This document shows positions 15,991-22,792 of a stretch of 22,792 nt of DNA, piece by piece. Both the position numbers and the translations under genes were made by a program. Source of the stretch: a virus. Taxonomy: Duplodnaviria; Heunggongvirae; Uroviricota; Caudoviricetes. The stretch lies in IMG/VR virus record IMGVR_UViG_2802429331_000003, positions 64,001-86,792 of that record, one strand, 5' to 3'. Each line of letters begins with the position of its first letter. Positions within the stretch are counted from its first letter, which is position 1. The notes under the pieces were generated by a model that saw nothing but the letters and a program-made list of their open reading frames with translations, did no database searches and had not been told where the DNA came from.

Positions 15991-16025
15991 GGATCGGCGG
16001 CCCTCGGGACTTGGGCTGCCGATCC
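15991..16025. terminator. Intra-operon hairpin (possible attenuator or terminator) after the Xis-like gene
   Basis: GGATCGGC-G-GCCC / GGGC-T-GCCGATCC stem; no U-tract. Confidence 0.4.
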
Positions 16026-16047
16026 CCTGTCGGGGCGAGAAGGGTTG

Positions 16048-16239
16048 TCAGGCCGCGGCTTTGGGCTTGCCGGGCTGATGGGATCTCAGCCACCGCACCA
16101 TTTCGTCGTGCAGGATGATCTTCTTGCGGCCCACCGGGTGATAGGCCAGCTCGTATGCCTTCATGGCGTCGTAGAGATCGCGCGGCTTCAAACCGAACTC
16201 GGCGGCGGCCTCTTCGACGTTGTAGGACGTCTTCGGCAT
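16048..16239 (-). CDS. Excisionase-like (MerR/HTH_17) DNA-binding protein, 63 aa
   Basis: SYNVEEAAAEFGLKPRDLYDAMKAYELAYHPVGRKKIILHDEMVRWL; ATG overlaps the RecT stop (TGATG). Confidence 0.8.
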   Translation of the reverse strand: MPKTSYNVEEAAAEFGLKPRDLYDAMKAYELAYHPVGRKKIILHDEMVRWLRSHQPGKPKAAA

Positions 16240-16970
16240 CACGGCTCCTGGTAGTAGTCGGCGGTCGCGTCGATCACGACATCGTTCGCGGCGCTGCGGG
16301 AGATGGGTTCGCGGCGATCCTCGGCGGACGTGGCGACGTGCTTTTCCAGCAGCCGGACCGCGACCTTGCGGTGCATCGGCGCGCCCGGTGCTCTCCATGG
16401 GGAGGCGGCGTTGTCGGCGCCACGGGCCTTGGACTTGGACGAGGCGATCTGTTCGGGCGTGGCCTCGGCGACCGTGGTGATCGCGCCGCTGGGGTAGACC
16501 GCATAGGCGTAGGACGAGATGGGCTCGCCGCGGTCTCCGGTGGCGCGGACGTGGCGTGGGCGCTCGTCGACGTTCTGGTCGTAGCTGTATTCGTCGTTTG
16601 CGTAGACGACGCCGATCACGGTCCGGGCGTAGACGCCGGAGCGGTCGATGCGCTGAAGAATGCCCTTGTAATCCTCCCAGCCTTCGATGCGAGATCCCTT
16701 GGGCACGAGATGGAAGAGGCCGGAGCCGGGTTCGTGACCAAGAGCGGCGCACTTCATGAGCGCCTGCATCATCGACGCGCCTTGGTCGGCGCGGACGCGG
16801 CTGATCAGCTCAGGGTTGGAGTTGACTGCGCCGATCGCCAGGCGGATCCAGCGGTCGATACGTTCGCGCAGCTTCGGTGGCAGCACGGTGGCGATGTCGT
16901 CGCGGTACTTGTTGATGATCGAGGCCGGGGTGACCTCGGCGGACTCGGCCGCAGCGGCAATGGAACTCAT
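16239..16970 (-). CDS. recT: RecT-family ssDNA annealing protein
   Basis: SMMQALMKCAALGHEPG...FHLVP...YKGILQRIDRSG...VYANDEY; C-terminal MHRKVAVRLL.K. Confidence 0.92.
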   Translation of the reverse strand: MSSIAAAAESAEVTPASIINKYRDDIATVLPPKLRERIDRWIRLAIGAVNSNPELISRVRADQGASMMQALMKCAALGHEPGSGLFHLVPKGSRIEGWEDYKGILQRIDRSGVYARTVIGVVYANDEYSYDQNVDERPRHVRATGDRGEPISSYAYAVYPSGAITTVAEATPEQIASSKSKARGADNAASPWRAPGAPMHRKVAVRLLEKHVATSAEDRREPISRSAANDVVIDATADYYQEP

Positions 16971-17242
16971 GCAGCATCAGCTCCGACCTGGTTTTCGGGA
17001 ATGTACCGGGCGTAGACGTCGCAGTCGCGCGCGGCGGCTTCGAAGGTGCCGGAGGGTGTGAAGGCCCTCAACTTGCCGCGGCGGATGTTGTTGGCCTGAG
17101 AGGCTGCCACGGTCGCGCTGTGGCAGGTCATGATCTTGGCCCAGCGCAAAGGGTTGGCGCGCAACAGTTCCGCCTTATCGGCATGCGCCGGCGGGCGGCC
17201 ACCCACGGTGGTTCTGGGCGGGAGGGTGTCGAGCAGTTCCAC
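16967..17242 (-). CDS. Conserved-type actinophage hypothetical protein (91 aa)
   Basis: LRANPLRWA...NIRRG..RAF.P.G.FEA..R..DVYARY; GAAAGG RBS; ATGA-coupled to RecT. Confidence 0.8.
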   Translation of the reverse strand: MELLDTLPPRTTVGGRPPAHADKAELLRANPLRWAKIMTCHSATVAASQANNIRRGKLRAFTPSGTFEAAARDCDVYARYIPENQVGADAA

Positions 17243-17244
17243 TA

Positions 17245-18189
17245 TCAGCCTTTCTTCAGGGCGTTTCGAATGTCCGCGAAGCGGGGATTGGGGGCGGACT
17301 TCACGAAGGGGGTGCCGCCGCCGCGTGCTTGTCGCCAGGCGAGGGTCTGTTCACCGCATTGAGCGCGCCAGGCGTCGCCCATGGTGTGCGTCAGCTCGTT
17401 GCGGACCCCTTGCAGCGCGTCCTCAGCAGCAGCCAGCGCGTCTTGAGCGGCCCACCAGCGATCGGCCAGATCCGCAGTGACTTGCACGGTGGATCCGTCG
17501 ATGTCCGGGTGCAGCGTCTTGAGCGCTTCGTAGGTCGCGAGGTGGGTGTCGAGGTTGGGCAGGATGCCAGCCTCGAGCCGGGTCATGAACTCCTGGCCGG
17601 CAGTGGCGACGGTGAGGATGTCCTGCTCGGAGGGCTCGTAGCGGTAGGTGCGCCAGTCGCCGACGCCGAACACCACGCGGATGTTCATGCCGCGCAGGCC
17701 CATCACAATGCAGTACCAGCAGACCTGCGTCTTGTAGTAGATAGGGATCTCGTCGGTACCTTCCGCGCCCCACTTGTCGTCGCGGTAGGCACATTTGATT
17801 TCGAGGCCATCGACGAGATTGCCCTGCTCATCCCAGATGAGACCGTCCGGGTTGGCGATCATCCACGGGTAGGCACTGTGCCGGAAGGTCTCGCCGGTGG
17901 TCATGGTGTGGCCGGGCGGGAGCAGGTTGTCGCGGTAGTGCTCGTAGATGACCGGCTCGAACAGGCTGCCCATGACCATCAGCTCGTTCTCGCGGACCGG
18001 GGGCAACAGGTTCTGTTTGCGGTGCCACAGACTCCAGTAGGACTCCCACGGGCTCAAGCCCAGGACCGCGGCGATCTCACTGCCGCCGAGGCCGGCGGCG
18101 CGCGCGGCGTGCCATTCGGGTGATCCGGAGCGGAAGCGGCCCATGGGGACCGCGCATCCGTTCACTGGAGGGGATGTATGGGATGTCAC
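17245..18189 (-). CDS. YqaJ/lambda-exonuclease family (RecE-like) 5'-3' exonuclease
   Basis: SPEWHAARAAGLGGSEIAAVLGLSPW, G..FEP, ANPDG, LEIK, YYKTQV; lies upstream of recT. Confidence 0.93.
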   Translation of the reverse strand: MTSHTSPPVNGCAVPMGRFRSGSPEWHAARAAGLGGSEIAAVLGLSPWESYWSLWHRKQNLLPPVRENELMVMGSLFEPVIYEHYRDNLLPPGHTMTTGETFRHSAYPWMIANPDGLIWDEQGNLVDGLEIKCAYRDDKWGAEGTDEIPIYYKTQVCWYCIVMGLRGMNIRVVFGVGDWRTYRYEPSEQDILTVATAGQEFMTRLEAGILPNLDTHLATYEALKTLHPDIDGSTVQVTADLADRWWAAQDALAAAEDALQGVRNELTHTMGDAWRAQCGEQTLAWRQARGGGTPFVKSAPNPRFADIRNALKKG

Positions 18190-18323
18190 TCTGATTTCGC
18201 CAGCATTCCTGATGTCACGTCAACATGTGCACTGATGCGCACTCGTATTGGAGGTTTGGAACGCATGCGGGACGGTGGGAGATCCGCATTGACCGACTAG
18301 TACCAGTGGTTTTTCCTTCATGC

Positions 18324-18351
18324 GTCCCACGTACCATAGAACGCTTGGAAC
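18324..18351 (-). promoter_or_regulatory. Leftward early promoter with operator half-sites straddling the -10
   Basis: Minus strand TGGACA-N18-TATGGT; GTTCCA-N16-TGGGAC; 19/28 identical to 5260-5287. Confidence 0.65.
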
Positions 18352-18413
18352 GGATATGTCCAATGCAGAATCTGGATGCTGGATGAAAGCTGGAGTCTGA
18401 AGGCGTTCCATAA

Positions 18414-18435
18414 ACCAAAGTTCATGAACTTTGGT
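18414..18435. promoter_or_regulatory. Perfect 22-bp palindrome upstream of the repressor
   Basis: ACCAAAGTTCATGAACTTTGGT is its own reverse complement; ends 48 bp before ATG 18484. Confidence 0.7.
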
Positions 18436-18483
18436 GCGTTACAGTGGGTTCGACGTGTACGCCACGAAAGGAGGCCGGAAGGC

Positions 18484-18894
18484 ATGGCACGCGGAGAACT
18501 CGCCCCCGAGCCGTGGGCGTCAGAGATGAAGGCCGCCGGCCTCGTCAGCCCCCGTACCGGAGACCCCAGCATCAAGCAGCTGGCCGAGGCTTCCGGCCTT
18601 GGCCCCAGCACGGTGCACCGCATCGTCACCGGCAAGAACAACACGAGCATGCCCGGCGCGAGCACCATCACCAAGCTGGCGGAGGCGCTGAACATCGAGC
18701 CGGAGACGGTCTACGCCCGCCTGGGTGGCATCGGCAAGCTTCCTGGCAAGACGAAGTCGTTGGAAGTCGCCGGCATGGACATCCTGGAGTCGGCCGACTG
18801 GGTTGCACTCGAGATCATCACGAAGCGACTGGTCGCGCAGCGTCGTCGAGTCATCGAGGCGGAAGCAGTCCGGCTGATCGGCGCGGCGAAGTAG
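18484..18894 (+). CDS. Immunity repressor-like XRE HTH protein
   Basis: GAAAGGAGG RBS; PEPWASEMKAAGLVSPRTGDPSIKQLAEASGLGPSTVHRIVTG resembles actinophage repressors; divergent from the RecE operon. Confidence 0.78.
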   Translation: MARGELAPEPWASEMKAAGLVSPRTGDPSIKQLAEASGLGPSTVHRIVTGKNNTSMPGASTITKLAEALNIEPETVYARLGGIGKLPGKTKSLEVAGMDILESADWVALEIITKRLVAQRRRVIEAEAVRLIGAAK

Positions 18895-18912
18895 TCGCTA
18901 CCTGAACCACGC

Positions 18913-18945
18913 GTGGGCTCGATCCTTTCGAAGGATCGAGCCCAC
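18913..18945. terminator. Bidirectional terminator
   Basis: Perfect 15-bp stem GTGGGCTCGATCCTT/AAGGATCGAGCCCAC between convergent genes; followed by AATGCTTTT. Confidence 0.85.
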
Positions 18946-18963
18946 AATGCTTTTCAGAGCCAG

Positions 18964-19254
18964 CTAGGCAGCTGCGCCACCTTCGGGCAGGTCACCGCTG
19001 GCTAACTCGCCATCGGCCGGTTCCTCTTCGGCCATACGGAGACTGAGCGCGCCGAGCCGCCCGATCTCTAGTGCCTGCTCCGCGGTGATGTCGTCGGAGG
19101 TGCCGTCGGAGAAGGTGAACACCACGAACCCCGAGCCCTCGAGCGCGAACGCGGCCACCTGCACCACGCGCTGACACTGAGTCAGCATCACGCTTTCGCT
19201 CTCACAGGTGGCGACACGGTCACTGCTCGGCATTAGAGCTTTCCTCTCTCGCAA
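18964..19254 (-). CDS. Small acidic hypothetical protein
   Basis: TTG start with GAGGGAG RBS; start uncertain; ends GGAAA; converges on the terminator. Confidence 0.5.
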   Translation of the reverse strand: MRERKALMPSSDRVATCESESVMLTQCQRVVQVAAFALEGSGFVVFTFSDGTSDDITAEQALEIGRLGALSLRMAEEEPADGELASGDLPEGGAAA

Positions 19255-19739
19255 CGGTTCTCCCTCGCGCCCCCGACAGTGCGCGGTGAGCTAATGGAAC
19301 ACGATCACGGGTAATTCCGCCAAGCCCTTCCGTAATTCACTTTTGAATTACTTTACCTTCGTAAACGGTGGCACCGGCGAGACGATGCGACGGCGGTTCC
19401 GCGCGATCGAATCCGACCCCGACGGCGTTTCAGTGAGCCGTGCCACTGCCACAGTTTATGCCAGCTGAACAGCGGGTTTGGCCGACTATGCAGCTCCTGG
19501 TGGTGGTGCCGGACAGGCACTCCTGCCAGGCTGAATCAATTCGGAATTGAATTGCTTCCGAATTGGACGAAGTGGCATCGAATCGCGTTGCATGTAGTGC
19601 GACAAACACCCAACGGGGAGAAAGTCGCACCAATGGTGCGAGTCGCTCGCAGTAACTGTGCGAGTTGCGAATGGGTCATAAATTCATCGCCGCAATGGCG
19701 AGAACGAACCAATCCAGTTCTCGAAGGAAGCACACAACC

Positions 19740-20564
19740 ATGTATGCAAGCAATGCCGACGTCCGGATCCACTACACCGACACCGGCGGCGACGGCATCC
19801 CCGTGGTGTTCGCTCACGGGTTCTTCATGGACAGCAGCCAGTTCGACCCTCAGCTGCCGTTGATCGACGAGGGGTACCGGATCATCCGGTGGGACGCACG
19901 GGGCCATGGGCAGACTGAAGCGCCCGCCGGACAGCCCTTCACCTATTGGGACCTCGCCGGGGACTGCCTCGCAGTCATGGATCACGCTGGCGTCGACACC
20001 GCAGTGATCGCTGGCATGTCCCAGGGCGGGTACACCGCTCTGCGCGTGGCCCTGACCGCACCTGACAGGGTGCAATCGCTCATCCTGCTCGACACCACGG
20101 CCGACGCCTCAACCCCCGCAGAGAAAGGCGACTACGCCTTCCTGTTCAGCGGGTGGTGCGACCTTGAGGTCCCGCTGATGCCATTGGCACTCCAGCTGGC
20201 ACCGCACCTCATCGGAGGCACCGAAGCTCAGCAGACCCCGTGGATCAACAAGTGGGCCGCCTCGGACCGCCTGCGGATCCGCGAGGCTGCCGACAACCTC
20301 ATCGACCGCGATTCAGCGCTCGACCGCCTCCATGAAATCGCCTGCCCCGCATTGGTTCTGCGTGGTGAGAACGATCCGACCAGCACCGCCCAGAAGTCCG
20401 CGGAAATGGCGTCGGGCCTCGTCGGCGCCCGCGGCCTGGTGACCACAGTCGCAGGCGCTGGCCATGCGGCGAACTGGACCCATCCCAAGGCCACCAACGC
20501 CGCGCTGTCGGAGTTCCTATCCCTGTTCAGCACGGCGTCGGCGAGGCACCGCGTCGCGGCCTAA
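19740..20564 (+). CDS. Alpha/beta-fold hydrolase (enol-lactonase/esterase-like)
   Basis: HG oxyanion motif, WDARGHGQT, GMSQGG nucleophile, GENDP acid, GAGHAAN His; GAAGGAAG RBS. Confidence 0.92.
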   Translation: MYASNADVRIHYTDTGGDGIPVVFAHGFFMDSSQFDPQLPLIDEGYRIIRWDARGHGQTEAPAGQPFTYWDLAGDCLAVMDHAGVDTAVIAGMSQGGYTALRVALTAPDRVQSLILLDTTADASTPAEKGDYAFLFSGWCDLEVPLMPLALQLAPHLIGGTEAQQTPWINKWAASDRLRIREAADNLIDRDSALDRLHEIACPALVLRGENDPTSTAQKSAEMASGLVGARGLVTTVAGAGHAANWTHPKATNAALSEFLSLFSTASARHRVAA

Positions 20565-20567
20565 TCC

Positions 20568-21413
20568 TCAGTGGAGGCGGCCGGCGCGCCTGAGAAGCGC
20601 GTCGCCGCCCTGGTATGGCATGCGGATACCAAGGAAGTGCTGCATCGGCGGCAGGTCACTCGGCCCCCGGGTGATCTGCACCAGCAGCGTGTACGGCTGG
20701 CCAACCCTGGAGTCCCACAGGTGCATGTGCGGGGTCTTGCGGCTGAACGTCACGGTTCCAGCCCGCCACATTCGCGCGAAGTCCACCGAATCCCCGAGTT
20801 CGCGGAGTAGTTCCAGCGCCCACGCAGGGTTTCCATGTTCGCCGACGAGAGCGCGGAACCAGGCCACAGTCAGGGCGGCTTCCGCCTCCCAGTCCAGCAT
20901 CGTGGCGCGGGATTCGGGATGACGGAAGAACCACCGCAGCACATTGCCCATCCCTTCGAGGCCAGGGTATGCGAGCCGATACGCCTCATTGGAGGCCAAG
21001 ACACGCCATTGCGGGTCAACCCACGCGGCTGCATGCGGAACCAGCTTGTCGAGCCCTGCCTGCATGTCCACGCTGATGACGTTGCTGTAGTCGGGCGATG
21101 GGGAACTGGCCTTCGGCCTGGGCGGTAACTTGGCCTTGGGCTTGCTCACGGCCGCTAGCTTGCGCAGATACCGTTCTTCGGCGGGGCTCAGCGACATCGC
21201 GCGGGCGAACTGGTCGACGCTCTCAGGGGTCGGCACGCGGTACCCGTTCTCGATCCCACCCAGGGAGTTCGGCTGCATCCGCAGCCACTTGGCGACCTGT
21301 GCGCGCGGGAGCCCGCGGGCGTCCCGCAGTTCGCGCATGTAGCTCCCCGCCGAATAGTCGGGCAGTGCCGCCGGTCTACTGGGTTCACCCGGATCAACGA
21401 CGTCGGCAGACAT
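20568..21413 (-). CDS. MmyB-type transcriptional regulator (XRE HTH plus ligand-binding domain)
   Basis: MRELRDARGLPRAQVA...LGGIENG, PHAAAWVDPQWRVLASN, NVLRWFF, LDWEAEA, FARMW; AGAAAGGA RBS. Confidence 0.9.
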   Translation of the reverse strand: MSADVVDPGEPSRPAALPDYSAGSYMRELRDARGLPRAQVAKWLRMQPNSLGGIENGYRVPTPESVDQFARAMSLSPAEERYLRKLAAVSKPKAKLPPRPKASSPSPDYSNVISVDMQAGLDKLVPHAAAWVDPQWRVLASNEAYRLAYPGLEGMGNVLRWFFRHPESRATMLDWEAEAALTVAWFRALVGEHGNPAWALELLRELGDSVDFARMWRAGTVTFSRKTPHMHLWDSRVGQPYTLLVQITRGPSDLPPMQHFLGIRMPYQGGDALLRRAGRLH

Positions 21414-21456
21414 GGGCACATCCTTTCTGGCACAAAGCAGCGAACAGCCAACCAAT

Positions 21457-21472
21457 TCGAATATACGTTCGA
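21457..21472. promoter_or_regulatory. Candidate actinobacterial LexA (SOS) box
   Basis: TCGAAT-ATAC-GTTCGA versus consensus TCGAAC-N4-GTTCGA (11/12); 43 bp upstream of the MmyB start. Confidence 0.6.
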
Positions 21473-21665
21473 ACGCAAGTCTGCCCGACCGCGCGCGGCC
21501 ACGCTGGTCATAACCAGACGCTGCCACCAGGGAAGCAAACCATTCGTTATCTCACTTTTGCAAACCAGCCTCCGCAGATATGCGGAGACGTGAGCGGGGA
21601 CACATCCACCATCAGCAGAGCTACACGTCCCATGAGCCCCTCGAGCCCGCAGGTACGATCACGCC

Positions 21666-22070
21666 ATGGCTGGCGGATTTCAGGAATGGCTGAGGCAAAT
21701 CTCAGGAGGGTTGAGCGCTCTCGCTATCTCACAGCACATGAACGTCAACGCCAGCCGGATTGATCGGCACCTGTTCGACAGCGGCAAACCCGCTGTGGCG
21801 CAGACGGTCATTGACTTCTGCCTAGCGTTCGGGGTCAACCCCGCCGAAGGTTTGATCCAGGCCGGACTGGCGCCGGCCGAAGCGTTCCGGCTGCCGATCG
21901 TAGGCGACCGACCCACCGTCAGCGATGCGTTGCGGTCGGCCACGAATGGGCAACTGATAGAAGAGCTTTCGCACCGCCTGCTTGTACCGGCCCAGCCAGG
22001 CATCGACACCACCGAGGACGCGCCGCGAAAAGGGAAGCGCGCCAATCCCGCCCGGAGATTGCTGTCATGA
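21666..22070 (+). CDS. Repressor-like HTH protein (degenerate XRE)
   Basis: FQEWLRQIS...ISQHMNVNASRIDRHL...VIDFCLAFGVNPAEGLIQAGL...ATNGQLIEELSHRL resembles actinophage repressor-like proteins. Confidence 0.68.
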   Translation: MAGGFQEWLRQISGGLSALAISQHMNVNASRIDRHLFDSGKPAVAQTVIDFCLAFGVNPAEGLIQAGLAPAEAFRLPIVGDRPTVSDALRSATNGQLIEELSHRLLVPAQPGIDTTEDAPRKGKRANPARRLLS

Positions 22071-22792
22071 CGATCATCGCCAACGTCCTGCACGTCACCA
22101 CGGCCATCGTGTGCCTGATCGTGGCGCTCATACGGCTTCCGCGGTGGCGCGATGTCGCCAGCCGCGCGATGACCATCATGCTCCTGGCGCTCAGTGCGCT
22201 GATGCAAACCACGGTGAGCTACAACTTCGAATGGGAGCGGGAGGCCATCGGCGCGACGGCCGTCGACCTGCTCTCCTACACCTGCGCGGTCATTATCTCT
22301 GTCGCGATGATCTATCTCGGTGCACGTGCGTGGTCGTTCACGAATCGCTTATGGCTCACCCATACCGCCGCGGTGGTCGCAGGCGGGCTCATCGGTGCCT
22401 ACATCAGCATCGCGGTCCATCACCAGGGTGAGTCACAGGCAGAGTTCCTGCTCATGACCACCGCCATCATCGCGGCATTCGCGGGCCTATTCCTGTTCAT
22501 GGCAAGCCTGGCAGCCGGCGTGGACAAGGGGATACCCAAGGCAGCACGTTGGAGCCTGCTGATACTGGCGACGGCGTCATTGCTTTGGGCGATCGGCGCA
22601 ATCCGCCGCGTCGGCGACAACGTGCCGGCCGATGGCGCTCTTGTCGACTTTGCGAGCTCGCTGCCATGGGAGGCCGTGACCTGGTCGGCTCTGCTGTTCG
22701 CCGCTGCCGCAGCCCTGGGCATGTACCTACCGTGGCAGGACGACGCACCGCTGAAGCCGGACAGGGAGGTCCGCGGCTCACTCAAGCCTTGA
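22067..22792 (+). CDS. Polytopic membrane protein (about 7 TM helices), function unknown
   Basis: 241 aa with about seven hydrophobic segments; ATGA-coupled to the HTH gene; stop at the last base of the window. Confidence 0.8.
   Translation: MTIIANVLHVTTAIVCLIVALIRLPRWRDVASRAMTIMLLALSALMQTTVSYNFEWEREAIGATAVDLLSYTCAVIISVAMIYLGARAWSFTNRLWLTHTAAVVAGGLIGAYISIAVHHQGESQAEFLLMTTAIIAAFAGLFLFMASLAAGVDKGIPKAARWSLLILATASLLWAIGAIRRVGDNVPADGALVDFASSLPWEAVTWSALLFAAAAALGMYLPWQDDAPLKPDREVRGSLKP

Larger units (their letters stand above)
1..18945. mobile_element. Temperate actinophage/prophage early (immunity-recombination-replication) region; boundaries not visible, may extend through 22792 and beyond both window ends
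   Basis: RecE/RecT pair, Xis-like HTH, primase-helicase, SSB, WhiB, RusA, DnaQ-like and repressor-like HTH in typical phage order, with many ATGA/GTGA-coupled small ORFs. No att core or integrase seen. Confidence 0.88.

Noticed and set aside
18215-18418. ORFs 18215-18418 and 18220-18411 as cro
   Set aside because: No HTH pattern, no RBS, and they overlap the promoter/operator elements.
2357-19896. Isolated TGG(A/G)ACG heptamers within coding regions (for example 2357, 3948, 4800, 6429, 9591, 11557, 14261, 15481, 19890) as stoperator-like sites
   Set aside because: The frequency is near chance for a degenerate 7-mer, orientation is mixed, and no extended consensus is shared.
1-22792. tRNA, rRNA, CRISPR array, IS element or att core
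   Set aside because: No cloverleaf, regularly spaced repeats, transposase or long direct repeat was seen.

Overview
High-GC actinobacterial temperate phage/prophage early region. A Nocardia/Rhodococcus/Gordonia-like host is inferred from WhiB, MmyB-type regulators and a PE-PPE/cutinase-type esterase. A long leftward operon (18189 to 7854) encodes YqaJ/RecE exonuclease, RecT, an excisionase-like HTH, HTH proteins, a replication initiator-like protein, a loader-like protein, a TOPRIM primase-DnaB helicase fusion, dCMP deaminase, a ParB-like domain, a LysB/cutinase-like esterase, SSB, WhiB and RusA. A second leftward cassette (5198 to 3890) encodes a small membrane protein, a DUF5664-type dATP/dGTP diphosphohydrolase and a DnaQ-like exonuclease. 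Two rightward cassettes of unknown proteins (15-2385, 5309-7850) include a catalytically dead mini tyrosine-recombinase fragment. Right of the immunity-repressor-like gene (18484-18894) is an accessory block: alpha/beta hydrolase, MmyB-type regulator with an upstream LexA-like box, and a repressor-like HTH coupled to a ~7-TM membrane protein. No integrase, structural gene, tRNA or CRISPR array is visible. The most notable unannotated signals are a shared operator/promoter architecture at both divergent junctions (5260-5287 and 18324-18351), an SOS-box candidate (21457-21472), C-terminal Ala-Ala degron-like ends on 10 of 42 CDSs, and the mini-integrase. All product calls come from motif recognition by eye, not database searches.
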